A DNA stretch of 64,000 bases from an uncultured Verrucomicrobiae bacterium (GCA_963828525.1 CAWHEP010000009.1:349788-413787), one strand, 5' to 3'; positions 11,652 through 21,961 are shown, counted from the first letter of the stretch. Numbers and translations: made by a program. The notes: generated by a model from the sequence alone, not told the origin.

Positions 11652-13850
11652 ATGAAACAGGAAACAAAACTCGGAGCTCTTTTCATCACGATGGCAGTCG
11701 TCTTGATGATAAGCATCGCGGCTATCTATCTCACGGGCCGGACGCTTTTGCGACTAAACAACAGTGTAGCCAAGCAGAGAGTGGCGGTGGCGCAGGTGGA
11801 TAATGTTCTCTCCGAGCTAAAGGATCTCGAGACCGGACAACGAGGCTTTCTGTTAACGGAAAAGGAAGCCTACCTCGAGCCTTACGTCATGGGTTCATCG
11901 CACATTCGCGACGACTTCAGCGTTATCCGACAGTCGGTCAACGAGGGATTTGTACCCGCGGCGGGCGTGGATCAAATCGAGACGCTCGCGTCTCAGAAGA
12001 TGGATGAGCTGCAGAGAACAATCGCGCTCAAGCGAGCAGGCCAGACCAAGAAGGCTTTGCAGATCGTGCAAACGGACGCCGGGAAGGCGATCATGGATTC
12101 CATACGAGGAAAGGCGCGAGATTTGAACGCGCGACTAAATTCCAGCATCGATGACGCGCAGAGGGAGGCGGATCACTCTGCTGTGATCCGTAACGCGGTC
12201 GTCATTGCCGCTGTATTGCTGAACCTGCTCTTTTTAGCCTGGGCCTATCGGCAGGTGAGCTCTGAGGTCGCTGCCCGGTTGCGTTCCGCAGTGGAAACTC
12301 AGAGGCAAAAGGAGCTGCTTTCGGTAACGCTCGCAAGCATCGGAGACGCCGTCATTGTCACAGATACCGCAGGCAATATCACCTTCCTCAACAATACGGC
12401 CTGCGCCTTGACGGGCTGGACTGCGGCGGAGGCAAATGGGAAACGGTGCGTGGACGTCTTCAAGATCATCAATGAACAAACGCGCCAAATAGTGGAGAGC
12501 CCGGTGGAAAAGGTCATCCGCACAGGAATGATTGTCGGGCTCGCCAACCATACCCTGCTCATCCATAAGGACGGGAATGAGATCCCGATCGATGACAGCG
12601 GAGCTCCCATACGCGAAAAGGATGGCGCGACTCGGGGAGTCGTTCTGGTGTTTCGGGACTTCAGTGAACACAAACAGGCCGAGGCAGCGCTACGGAAGGC
12701 GAAGGAAGAGGCTGACGCGGCGAGCCGGGCGAAAGACCAGTTTTTGGCGGCGCTGTCCCACGAGTTGCGCACACCGCTCTCGCCGGTTTTAGCCACGCTG
12801 ACGGGGTGGGAAGTCTCCGACGATTTCCCGGCGGGACTCATGCCCGATCTGCAGATGATCCGCAAGAACGTGGAACTTGAAGCGCGGCTGATCGATGACC
12901 TTCTCGACGTAACACGGATTGTGAAAGGCAAAATGCACCTGCACGTCGAGACACTCGATGTGCATCGCCTGCTGAAATCGGGCGCGGCAATCTACCAGAG
13001 CGAGATCTTTGCAAAACGGTTGAATCTCGGGATCGACCTCAAGGCCTCGCGGGTTTTCATGAAAGCTGACTCCGCAAGGTTGCAACAGGTGTTTTCCAAC
13101 ATGCTCCGGAACGCGATCAAGTTTACACCGGAGCGCGGCACGGTAAGCATCCACACCGAGGATAGCGACGGCATGATCCGAATCGCCGTGAGCGACAGCG
13201 GCATAGGGATGACTTCGGAAGCCATTGCAAGGCTTTTCAGGCCCTTTGAGCAAGGGAATGAAGAAGTCATGAAGCGTTTCGGTGGTCTGGGACTTGGTCT
13301 CACCATTTGCAAATTTCTCGTGGAAGCTCACGGGGGCCGAATAGAGGCGGCAAGCGACGGGCCCGGTCGCGGCTCGACGTTTACTCTTAGCCTGCCGTGT
13401 CTCGCGGACGCGCCCGCCGAGGGGCCCCTCCCATTGGCAGTCAGAAAGTCACAGCTCGCCAATCGTCCTCTGCGTATCCTTCTGGTGGAAGACCACCCTG
13501 ATACCGCCCGCGTGATGAGCAGTCTGCTTCGACGGCTAGGTCACGAGGTTGATACCGCGGCATCCGTTTCCGCCGCAATGGAGCTGTTCTCCACGCGAGA
13601 TTACGAGCTCCTTCTCAGCGACATCGGCCTGCCTGATGGAACTGGAATCGACCTGCTTGAGAAGGCAAGGATGTACTATGCTGGCCCTGCCGTCGCGCTG
13701 ACTGGTTTCGGCATGGAAGAGGATATAGCGCGGTGCTTGAAAGCCGGTTTCGACTCGCACATGACCAAGCCGATCACTTTTGACAAGCTGGAAGGTCTCC
13801 TCTTCACCTTTTCGGAGGCGGCGGGGCATGCTACTCCGGAACGGGTCTAG
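11652..13850 (+). CDS. Hybrid sensor histidine kinase (CHASE3-PAS-HisKA-HATPase-REC)
   Basis: CHASE3 motif DLETGQRGFLLT...YLEPY between two TM helices; PAS (SIGDAVIVTD); H-box LSHELRTPL; G2 GGLGLGL; REC (LLVEDH...SDIGLPDG...KP). Confidence 0.93.
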   Translation: MKQETKLGALFITMAVVLMISIAAIYLTGRTLLRLNNSVAKQRVAVAQVDNVLSELKDLETGQRGFLLTEKEAYLEPYVMGSSHIRDDFSVIRQSVNEGFVPAAGVDQIETLASQKMDELQRTIALKRAGQTKKALQIVQTDAGKAIMDSIRGKARDLNARLNSSIDDAQREADHSAVIRNAVVIAAVLLNLLFLAWAYRQVSSEVAARLRSAVETQRQKELLSVTLASIGDAVIVTDTAGNITFLNNTACALTGWTAAEANGKRCVDVFKIINEQTRQIVESPVEKVIRTGMIVGLANHTLLIHKDGNEIPIDDSGAPIREKDGATRGVVLVFRDFSEHKQAEAALRKAKEEADAASRAKDQFLAALSHELRTPLSPVLATLTGWEVSDDFPAGLMPDLQMIRKNVELEARLIDDLLDVTRIVKGKMHLHVETLDVHRLLKSGAAIYQSEIFAKRLNLGIDLKASRVFMKADSARLQQVFSNMLRNAIKFTPERGTVSIHTEDSDGMIRIAVSDSGIGMTSEAIARLFRPFEQGNEEVMKRFGGLGLGLTICKFLVEAHGGRIEAASDGPGRGSTFTLSLPCLADAPAEGPLPLAVRKSQLANRPLRILLVEDHPDTARVMSSLLRRLGHEVDTAASVSAAMELFSTRDYELLLSDIGLPDGTGIDLLEKARMYYAGPAVALTGFGMEEDIARCLKAGFDSHMTKPITFDKLEGLLFTFSEAAGHATPERV

Positions 13851-13941
13851 AAGGTGGCTGATGGTCCATTCCAGAATCAGAGTGGGATTGTGGAGGCACG
13901 GGCTTCCCTGGACAACGATTAAGAGGTAGAAGAGGCTCCTA

Positions 13942-15165
13942 ATGCTAAGAATCAGGACTTTCCAAGGTCTCCGCCCCACACCCGAATCAGCTCCCTTTGT
14001 CGCTTGCGTACCGTATGATGTTGTCGACAGAAAAGAGGCTTTGGCTTTAGCCGAGGGGAACTCCCAGAGCCTGCTGCACGTGGACAGAGCGGAGATCGAT
14101 CTTCCCGCCGATACTGATCCTTATTCCCAGGAAGTATATGCAAAAGCCCTCGAGAATTTCCGGGGATTGCAGATGAGCGGCAGCCTCGTTCGCGAATCAG
14201 AGCGTTGCGTCTACATCTACCGGCAAACGATGGGCAACCATTCGCAGACGGGCATAGCCACCGTGTGTCACATAGAAGACTACGAACAGGACATCATCAA
14301 GAAACACGAGAAGACGCGAAAGGATAAGGAAGCAGACCGCACCCGCCTGATCGACACTATCAGCGCAAATACAGGGCCGGTGTTTCTGACTTATCGCGAT
14401 CAACCAGCGATTGATCAGCTCGTGAAAGAGGAGACGGCATCCGCTCCTCTTTTTGACTTCACGGCCGTTGATGGGATTCGCCATACGGTCTGGCGCGGGA
14501 CGGACGGGGAACGAATCGTAAAGTTGTTTGGCGAGTTGCCAGCCGCGTACGTCGCTGATGGTCACCACCGTACCGCAAGCGCCGCGAGTGTCGGACGTCA
14601 ACGGCGTGAGAACAACCCGCTGCACAATGGCCTTGAAAACTACAACTGGTTTTTGGCGGTTCTATTTCCCGCAAGCCAGCTAAGGATACTTCCCTACAAT
14701 CGCGCAGTGAGTGATCTGAACGGGCACAATGCAACCGCATTTCTTGCGGAGGTTAAGAAGCGATTCACAGTCCGGGAAGGGGCGGCAGCGGCTCCTGACA
14801 AGCCTGGTAATGTGAGCATGTATCTCTCGTCGAAGTGGTATGGATTGAGCTGGGCCGAGGACCGCGAATCCGATCCAGTCTCCCGTCTCGATGTATCGGT
14901 TCTGCAAGACAAGCTGCTTTGCCCCATACTCGGTATTGAAGACCCACGAACGAGCAAGCGGATCGATTTTATCGGCGGAATACGCGGGACACAGGAACTC
15001 ACCACGAGAGTCAATTCAGGCCGCGACGCGGTCGCTTTCTCAATGTTTCCAACTACGGTCGAGCAGTTGATGACGATCGCGGACGCAGGACAGATCATGC
15101 CACCCAAAAGCACGTGGTTCGAGCCGAAACTCAGGTCAGGGCTCTTCATCCATACTTTGGATTAG
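13942..15165 (+). CDS. DUF1015 family protein
   Basis: PYDVV, IKKHEKTR, YVADGHHRTASA and MPPKSTWFEPKLRSGL motifs. Confidence 0.88.
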   Translation: MLRIRTFQGLRPTPESAPFVACVPYDVVDRKEALALAEGNSQSLLHVDRAEIDLPADTDPYSQEVYAKALENFRGLQMSGSLVRESERCVYIYRQTMGNHSQTGIATVCHIEDYEQDIIKKHEKTRKDKEADRTRLIDTISANTGPVFLTYRDQPAIDQLVKEETASAPLFDFTAVDGIRHTVWRGTDGERIVKLFGELPAAYVADGHHRTASAASVGRQRRENNPLHNGLENYNWFLAVLFPASQLRILPYNRAVSDLNGHNATAFLAEVKKRFTVREGAAAAPDKPGNVSMYLSSKWYGLSWAEDRESDPVSRLDVSVLQDKLLCPILGIEDPRTSKRIDFIGGIRGTQELTTRVNSGRDAVAFSMFPTTVEQLMTIADAGQIMPPKSTWFEPKLRSGLFIHTLD

Positions 15166-15166
15166 C

Positions 15167-15358
15167 TTACTCCGTTTTCGGGGTCTGAGTGACTGGACGG
15201 TAAAGGTAAACGGTAGCCACTTCATGGTGGATAGTTTCCAGTTCCAGAGTTTGCCGAGGCTTGGGCTGAGGCGAGGTGGAGCACCCGGCGGCGGCTACAA
15301 CCAGCCCGCACATCAGGACGCAAGCAAGAAGATGCTGACCTGCGACGTTATGGTTCAT
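15167..15358 (-). CDS. Small putative lipoprotein
   Basis: 63 aa from ATG 15358; hydrophobic stretch ending in the lipobox AAGC; co-oriented behind the TPR-membrane gene. Confidence 0.5.
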   Translation of the reverse strand: MNHNVAGQHLLACVLMCGLVVAAAGCSTSPQPKPRQTLELETIHHEVATVYLYRPVTQTPKTE

Positions 15359-15404
15359 GGAGAAAGCTCGCAGCCATGCCCTCTCTGTCAACAAGCGGTA
15401 GAAA

Positions 15405-16679
15405 TCATCGCGCCCTCAGAAAAGGAATATTCCCCAGCCAGGTCGTGAGGATGGCGGCAAACAGAGCACCGGTAAAAAGAGCCGCCGTAAGCTCCCTCGG
15501 AGCATAGCCGGCAGCACCCAGCGCGCTTGCCAGGCCTGCCGCCAGGGTGAAAGTACCTATCAGCCCAAATAGCCACTGCCCTGCCTTTGAGGCGTTCGTG
15601 AACGTAAGGCTGAAAGGGAAGATCGAAGCGCAAGAAGCCAGTCCCAAGTAGAGCATCCACTCTTTGCCAAGCATCATTGAAAGCGACGCGAAAAAAATAC
15701 CGAAAACGAGTCCACCGCCCACAAAAACCGCCTCTATCTTTTCTGCTCTTCGCAGCGCATGCCGCGCAAAACGGTCAAAGAGCAGGATGAAGTTCCCGAC
15801 TCCGCGGGCCACCCACACCCAAAGGACGAAAAGAGCGTAGATGATGCTGATTCCTATGCCGACAGGAGCGAATCTTCCTGTGAAAAGAGCCCGGGAGAAC
15901 CTGACACCGAAGTAAAGACCCAGCACCACAGCCCATCGCGATCTCCCGCTGAGGCGTTGCATCGCAAAGCAGTAGCTAAGGTACGCGCGATAAAGAGGCG
16001 AACGCGCTCGAAAGCTTTGCAGCAGCCCTTCTCGCGCGCCGTCGAACTCCGGATCCAGCCGCAGAGCTTCGAGGAAGTGCTCTTCAGCAACCTTCCGCTC
16101 GCCACGCTGCAGGGCAGCCCAGCCAGCGCTGGCATGGGTGTGTGGGTTTTGAGGGTCGCGCGCGAGCATTCCGGTAATCTGCCGCGCGTTCTCGGCCATC
16201 TTATTTTGCAAACGAAGAGCCTGCGCGAGCTGGTTGGCGGCCGCGGAATTGTCAGCATCCAGCGCCAGGCCCCGGCGCGCGGCGAGCTCCGCGTCATGCC
16301 ACTTCTCAAGCAGCAGGAACGCCTGGGCTTCGGCGGTAAACCCGAAGGATGAGTCAGGCGCCATCCGAACGGCGTCCTGCGCTACTTGCAAAGCTTCCGG
16401 CGCGCGGCGCAGCGAACAAAGAATGTATGCTTTCAGCGCGTGATGCGCGGCTTCAGATGGCTCGATGGCGATGGCCTGGTCGATAGTTGCGAGAGCGTCC
16501 CTATCACGCCCCGCCTGCTGAAGCTGGCATCCAGCAAGATGGTGGAAGGCCATGGCATCACGAGGATCCTGCCCCAGAGCCTCGAGGAAATACCTTTCCG
16601 CCTCGCCATAGCGCCCCTGCTCCTTCAGCAACAAGCCGCGCCGGATGTTGCCCGAAATGAGATCTCCTCCGGCATTCAT
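15405..16679 (-). CDS. TPR-repeat protein with multi-pass C-terminal membrane domain
   Basis: Repeated A..AL..DP TPR signatures over the first ~220 aa, then about 6 hydrophobic helices. Confidence 0.85.
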   Translation of the reverse strand: MNAGGDLISGNIRRGLLLKEQGRYGEAERYFLEALGQDPRDAMAFHHLAGCQLQQAGRDRDALATIDQAIAIEPSEAAHHALKAYILCSLRRAPEALQVAQDAVRMAPDSSFGFTAEAQAFLLLEKWHDAELAARRGLALDADNSAAANQLAQALRLQNKMAENARQITGMLARDPQNPHTHASAGWAALQRGERKVAEEHFLEALRLDPEFDGAREGLLQSFRARSPLYRAYLSYCFAMQRLSGRSRWAVVLGLYFGVRFSRALFTGRFAPVGIGISIIYALFVLWVWVARGVGNFILLFDRFARHALRRAEKIEAVFVGGGLVFGIFFASLSMMLGKEWMLYLGLASCASIFPFSLTFTNASKAGQWLFGLIGTFTLAAGLASALGAAGYAPRELTAALFTGALFAAILTTWLGNIPFLRAR

Positions 16680-16696
16680 GGTGTTGGAATGGACAG

Positions 16697-18061
16697 CTAC
16701 TTTTTGATCCCGAGAAACGTCAAAACGTCGTCGTAGAATCCACCCTGATTCGAGTACATGGCGTAGTTCCTCGCGCTCTCAAACCAGGCTCGAGTGGATG
16801 GCTTGAGGCTCTTGGCGCACTCGACCAAGTCACCAGTGGAGATTGGAATCACCCGCCCCTCTCGCATTGCCCGGGCGAGAGATCGCTCGATCGTCATATC
16901 GAAAACAGCTTTCAGGTCCGCGCCGGAAAAGTCCTTTGTTCTCCGCGCGAGAACCGCCGCGTCCAGCTTCGTCACCGGTTTATCGCGAGCCATCACTTCT
17001 ATGATCGAGGCGCGCGCGACTTCGTCGGGCGGTGGGACGAAAAGGATGCGGTCAAATCGCCCCGGGCGGCGAAACGCCGGATCGATGTGCCAGGGGGCAT
17101 TTGTCGCGCCGAGGATCAGGAGTCCATCGTTGCCTCCGCCCTGCCCATCCATTTCCGCAAGAAACTGGTTGATGAGGGTTCTCCCCGCGCTCCGCTTGAG
17201 GTCGTTGCGATCCGCCGCCAACGCGTCCACTTCATCAAAGAAAAGCACAGCGGGCGCGTTATCGCGCGCGAGTTGAAAGAGTTGATGAAGATTCTTCTCA
17301 CTGTTGCCCAAGTAGAGGTCCAGTATCTGATGGATCCCGATTGACAGGAAGTTTGCCTTGATCTCTCCTGCGGTTGCCCGGCTGAGCAGCGTCTTTCCAC
17401 AACCCGGCGGCCCATAAAGCAGAACCCCTCCGCCAATCTTCTTCCCGTAAGCGCGGAAAAGGTCAGGATTTTTGAGAGGATAAATGATCTTCATCCTGAT
17501 CTCTTCCTTGACCGAATCCATTCCTCCAACGTCGCCGAAATTTGACTTCGGAGTCTCTATATCGACTGCTTTGTCGCCATCGGCGCCTTCATCTTCAGAC
17601 GAACGCCAGACGTCGGCGCTTACCGAGACCTTTTCAGGTTCGTCCCGATGCCGGCCGGGATTTTTTCTGTCGATATACAGTTCGCTTTCCAGCGCCTCAT
17701 CCCTGCTCGAAGGATCGAGCTTCAAACCGCGTTCGTAGTTCGCAACCGCCTCACCGCGGTTGGTTTCGGCCAGATTAAGTTGACTGAGAAAAACCCACGC
17801 CGGAGCAAAGTCTGGGTGCTCTCGCGTGATGACTTCAGTGCGGACGAGAGACTCTGAAGTCCTACCCGAGAGATGAAGGACCCGGGCCACACCCAGCTTC
17901 GCCTCCGCTCGCGCGGGTTCTATACCAAGGACGCGTTCGAAAGCTTTTCTGCTTTCATCCAGTGACAACTCGTCGAGGCAAGCCCGCGCCAGCAGCAGGA
18001 GAAGCGGCACATTGTCGGGAGAGACAGCGACGGCGGCACGGAGAGGTTCAAGATTGGTCAT
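16697..18061 (-). CDS. N-terminal TPR plus classical-clade AAA ATPase
   Basis: FGDVGGM; Walker A GPPGCGKT; Walker B LFFDEVD; SRH ATNAPWHIDPAFRRPGRFD; TPR-like N-terminus. Confidence 0.92.
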   Translation of the reverse strand: MTNLEPLRAAVAVSPDNVPLLLLLARACLDELSLDESRKAFERVLGIEPARAEAKLGVARVLHLSGRTSESLVRTEVITREHPDFAPAWVFLSQLNLAETNRGEAVANYERGLKLDPSSRDEALESELYIDRKNPGRHRDEPEKVSVSADVWRSSEDEGADGDKAVDIETPKSNFGDVGGMDSVKEEIRMKIIYPLKNPDLFRAYGKKIGGGVLLYGPPGCGKTLLSRATAGEIKANFLSIGIHQILDLYLGNSEKNLHQLFQLARDNAPAVLFFDEVDALAADRNDLKRSAGRTLINQFLAEMDGQGGGNDGLLILGATNAPWHIDPAFRRPGRFDRILFVPPPDEVARASIIEVMARDKPVTKLDAAVLARRTKDFSGADLKAVFDMTIERSLARAMREGRVIPISTGDLVECAKSLKPSTRAWFESARNYAMYSNQGGFYDDVLTFLGIKK

Positions 18062-18189
18062 AATCGATACGATGCCACGATGTAGCATGTTATGAGCCGA
18101 CGCAAGGGGACCGTGCCAACGAAAGATTGCAGGCGCTCCCGAGCTTCGCGAGAGGCCCTATGGAACCTTGTATTTAACAGCGCGGGCGT

Positions 18190-18678
18190 TTAATCCCTGA
18201 AATTTTTGTAGTTGAGAACAACGCCAAAGTCTTTGCCGCGCAGAAAAGCAATGACTGCCTGCAAATCATCGCGGTTCTTCCCGGTCACCCGAATCTGTCG
18301 CTCCTGCAGGGCGGATTGAACCTTCAGGCTCTGATCCTTGATCGATTTGACGATCTCTTTCGCTTTGTCTCCATCCAGTCCTTGCTTCACAAGCAGTTCC
18401 TGGGTCGCGTGGCCAATGGATGAAATGGCGGGATCTTTACGTTCGATATTTCGCAGATCGACATTCCTTTTTGCCAGCTTGCCAATTACTATTTCCAGCA
18501 AGCCCTTCAGCCGGCTTGCGTCCATGGCGGACAGTTTTATTTTTTCACTCTTTTCGAGTTCGATAGTCGCCGCGCTGCCCTTGAAGTCGAAACGGGTGGC
18601 AAGCTCCTTTCGCGCCTGATTCAGGGCATTATCGATTTCCTGAGTATCGACCTCTGAGACGATGTCGAATGAGGGCAT
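18190..18678 (-). CDS. yajQ: YajQ family cyclic-di-GMP/nucleotide-binding protein
   Basis: MPSFDIVSEVD...RFDFKG...RVTGKNRDDLQ...NFRD. Confidence 0.95.
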   Translation of the reverse strand: MPSFDIVSEVDTQEIDNALNQARKELATRFDFKGSAATIELEKSEKIKLSAMDASRLKGLLEIVIGKLAKRNVDLRNIERKDPAISSIGHATQELLVKQGLDGDKAKEIVKSIKDQSLKVQSALQERQIRVTGKNRDDLQAVIAFLRGKDFGVVLNYKNFRD

Positions 18679-18680
18679 TC

Positions 18681-19619
18681 TTAGAAGTCGACGTGAAAAC
18701 TGGCTTTGACGTAAGGCGCTCCACGAGTCGAGAAGTTTTCACCAGCGCGATCAAAGTCAAAGTATCGGGTGAAATCATATCCCCCTGAGGCCTCAAGCGT
18801 GACGATCTTAAGATTGTAGGTCACTCCCGCTCCTGCTCTGTAATCGTAGAAATTCACGACGCTGCCACTCAGTTTTTTGAAAGCGGGATCTGGCGTGCCA
18901 TCCATCCTGAACGCGCCGCCAGCGAACTCACCACCCGCAAAAATCTTCAAGTCGCGACTGGCGTTGTAAATCAGACGCGGGGCGGGCAGGATGGCTTTGA
19001 GATCCCACTTTGGATCGATGTGCCACAGAATCCCGCCAAACGGAACGACTGGGTACTTGCGCAGGATACTCGTGGTGACTCCCAAGAACCCGATCACTTT
19101 ATCCGGTACTATCACGAAGGCGCTGCCGACGTCGGTGGGGGAGTCGAAAGCCGAGGCTCTAATCGTGTGCGAGAAGTAGAAACCGGGATGAGTCTGAATA
19201 AGAAACGCCTGGTCGCCGTTGATCAGATACTCGAGCGCAACCTCACCATTGAGACTTTGCAGCCGGTTGTCGATCGGGCCGCTATTGGAATTAAAGTCAA
19301 AGCGATCGTAGGAAGCGCCCAATCGGAAGAACCACTGCCCTCCCCTGTTCGGCCAGTCGACCCCCTTCAGCAAGAAGCGATGGCCTATTTGGATCGTGTT
19401 CTCGGCCTCGTCCTGAACGCCGAACTTCCCCTTCCCCTCATGAAATCCCGCCCCGCCTACATACGTGCTATCCACGTGAAATAAGTCACGCGGGTTCACG
19501 TCGCTCTCGCTGGAAGACATCGCGCCAGCAGTGCCGCTGGTCTCCATGATCTCACCGCCGAAGGCAACGGTGGCGAGAAGGGTCGGGATCGTGAGAAGCG
19601 CAAACAGAGACTTTTTCAT
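18681..19619 (-). CDS. Outer-membrane beta-barrel protein (DUF6268-like)
   Basis: Signal peptide, amphipathic beta-strands, YPVVPFGGILW...LPAPRL motif, C-terminal Phe. Confidence 0.7.
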   Translation of the reverse strand: MKKSLFALLTIPTLLATVAFGGEIMETSGTAGAMSSSESDVNPRDLFHVDSTYVGGAGFHEGKGKFGVQDEAENTIQIGHRFLLKGVDWPNRGGQWFFRLGASYDRFDFNSNSGPIDNRLQSLNGEVALEYLINGDQAFLIQTHPGFYFSHTIRASAFDSPTDVGSAFVIVPDKVIGFLGVTTSILRKYPVVPFGGILWHIDPKWDLKAILPAPRLIYNASRDLKIFAGGEFAGGAFRMDGTPDPAFKKLSGSVVNFYDYRAGAGVTYNLKIVTLEASGGYDFTRYFDFDRAGENFSTRGAPYVKASFHVDF

Positions 19620-19700
19620 GTGTCACAAGCTTTAAATCAACGTATTCGGAAGGCAACGGAAAAGATTAAGAAAGCGCGGCTCCGACATGATGTTTAGGTC

Positions 19701-21005
19701 CTACTCCGTTCTCAACGCGGCGACGGCTTCCAGCCTTGCTGCCGCATACGCCGGTATAAGAGCAGCGAGGGAACAGATGACGAACGCGCTGATGCAGATG
19801 ATCGCCACATCGTGGGGCACGACCTTGGCGGGTATCTCGCTGAACTGGTAAATATCCGCGGGAAAGATCTGTATGTGAAGAGCTTGCGCAAGCCACTCGC
19901 GGAACTGGTTCCGATAGCGGATGAGCGTCATGCCAAGCGCGAGCCCGCTCGCGTTTCCAAACAAGCCCACCACCATTCCCTGCGCGAGGAAGACCCAGAT
20001 GATCTGCGCCGTGGTGGCGCCCAGGGCCTTCATGATGCCAATCTCGCGCGTCTTCTGAACCGTAACGGTGATGAGGGTGTTCGCGATGCCGAAGGCGGCG
20101 ACGACGACGATGAAGAACAGGCAGATGAACATGGTGTTGCGTTCCGTGCGGATGGCGTCAAAGAGCTGTTTATTCTGGTCGATCCAAGTGCCGGCATAAG
20201 CGGGCTTTTTCAGAAATGTCTGCTCCATGCGCCGCTTCACTGCCTCGGCCTGATATGGATCGACCGTCTTCACGGTGATCCCATGCACATCGTCTTCAAG
20301 ACCATATAGTTCCTGGCCGATATGCAGCGGCACCAGGACGAACTCGGAGTCGTAGACATAGCGGCCAGACTCGAAAATACCCGCGACTGTCAGATCGTTT
20401 GGGGTAACCAGGCTTTTCAGATCATGCAGGCGTTTCGGATCGTTTGGATGTTTATCCAGGTCGTCGATCATCGAGCTGATCTCGCTGATATTGCCTGGCG
20501 AGAACACAGTGAGTTTGTCACCGGCGTGAATGCCAAGCGCGCTGGCAAGCTCAATACCGATGAGCGCGCTGTCTCCGTGAAGATCCGAACTGCCTTCAAT
20601 GAAGCGCAGATCCTTGATTGGAGTCACTTTCTGCTGTTGATCCAGATCAATTCCTCGAATGAGAGGGGCCAGGCGGCGTCCTTCGAACTCGACAATGACG
20701 GGGCCTTGGACGAACGGAGCCGAAGCGACCACCCCCTCTGTCGCGTCAATCTGCTTGCCGACGGCCCGCCAATCCTGGAGCACGCCGATCCCCATGTCGC
20801 CCGACGAGACCGTTATGTGCGCGTCAAAGCCGAGCACTTTCTCACGCAACTCCTCATCAAACCCGGTCATCACGGAGATGACGAGGATCAGCACAGTGAT
20901 GCCGAGAGTAACGCCGAGGATCGAAATCAGCGTGATTGTGGAGAGAAACGTCCGCTTGGGACGGAGATAGCGGAGAGCCAGGAACAGGCTGAATGGAGCT
21001 TTCAA
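19701..21005 (-). CDS. lolE: LolC/E-family lipoprotein-releasing ABC permease
   Basis: LFLALRYLRPKR...ISILGVTLG...VISVMTGF and KTREIGIMKALGA motifs. Confidence 0.88.
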   Translation of the reverse strand: MKAPFSLFLALRYLRPKRTFLSTITLISILGVTLGITVLILVISVMTGFDEELREKVLGFDAHITVSSGDMGIGVLQDWRAVGKQIDATEGVVASAPFVQGPVIVEFEGRRLAPLIRGIDLDQQQKVTPIKDLRFIEGSSDLHGDSALIGIELASALGIHAGDKLTVFSPGNISEISSMIDDLDKHPNDPKRLHDLKSLVTPNDLTVAGIFESGRYVYDSEFVLVPLHIGQELYGLEDDVHGITVKTVDPYQAEAVKRRMEQTFLKKPAYAGTWIDQNKQLFDAIRTERNTMFICLFFIVVVAAFGIANTLITVTVQKTREIGIMKALGATTAQIIWVFLAQGMVVGLFGNASGLALGMTLIRYRNQFREWLAQALHIQIFPADIYQFSEIPAKVVPHDVAIICISAFVICSLAALIPAYAAARLEAVAALRTE

Positions 21006-21028
21006 ATCTGGAGGACTTTACAACGCTG

Positions 21029-21961
21029 CTAGAGAAGCGCCATCGCTCCGCACCCGATCATCCCGGCGTCCGTGCCCAAAGCCGCAGGAATGATCTGCAG
21101 CATATCATAGAAGACGGGCATGGTGCGCTCCCGAACAGTCTGCCGCACAGGCTCGAAGATCAGTTCTCCAGCGTTTGCGACTCCGCCGCCGAGAATGATG
21201 CAATCGGGATTCAGCAACCATGCGAGGTTCGCGCACACCACGCCGATCTCCGTCCCGATCTCTTTCCATAGGCTGAGGGCTATGACGTCGCCAGCGCGCG
21301 CCGCGGCCGCGAGATGGGCAGGTGTTGTATCGGAGGGAGCCACGAGCTTTCCCGCTTCCGCATAGGCCCTGCAGGCCCGCTGCGTGATCTGGGAATTCCC
21401 CACGTATTCTTCGAGCGCGCCAAAATTACCGTAGCTGCCCGCTGCACCGCTGTGGTCGATACTCATCTGCCCGATCTCGCCCGCTCCAAATCTGCTCCCA
21501 TAGTAAAGAGCGCCATCCAGGATGAGTCCTCCGCCTACGCCCGTTCCCAAGGTGAGGCATATCACATTCCGCAACCCCACTGCGGCGCCGAATTTCCACT
21601 CTCCATACGTCATCGCCTTTGCGTCATTCTCAATGATGACGCGCAATCCCGTGCGCTGTCTGAGGATTTCCCGCAGCGGCACCTCCTGCCATCCTGGCAC
21701 ATTCGTGAGGTCATGCACGATGCCGCTCGCGTGGTCAATGATGCCAGGCAACCCGACGCCCACCGCGCGCAGGCCGGGGTGCTCTCGCTTGAGGCAAGCG
21801 ATTTCATCCACGAGGGCGTCAATGATTGCCGTCGGGGAGTAGCGCTGAGTTTCAAATGTAGTTCCGCGAGCCACAATGCGCGCCCCCGCCACCACTGCGC
21901 TTTTGATGGTCGTCCCGCCAAAATCAATCCCGAGGGAAAGCATTGTTTCTTCCTGTGTCAT
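21029..21961 (-). CDS. ROK-family sugar kinase (glucokinase-like)
   Basis: GIDFGGT, IENDAK, LTLGTGVGGG, GEIGQ, LGGGV, AGMIG; no N-terminal HTH. Confidence 0.9.
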   Translation of the reverse strand: MTQEETMLSLGIDFGGTTIKSAVVAGARIVARGTTFETQRYSPTAIIDALVDEIACLKREHPGLRAVGVGLPGIIDHASGIVHDLTNVPGWQEVPLREILRQRTGLRVIIENDAKAMTYGEWKFGAAVGLRNVICLTLGTGVGGGLILDGALYYGSRFGAGEIGQMSIDHSGAAGSYGNFGALEEYVGNSQITQRACRAYAEAGKLVAPSDTTPAHLAAAARAGDVIALSLWKEIGTEIGVVCANLAWLLNPDCIILGGGVANAGELIFEPVRQTVRERTMPVFYDMLQIIPAALGTDAGMIGCGAMALL

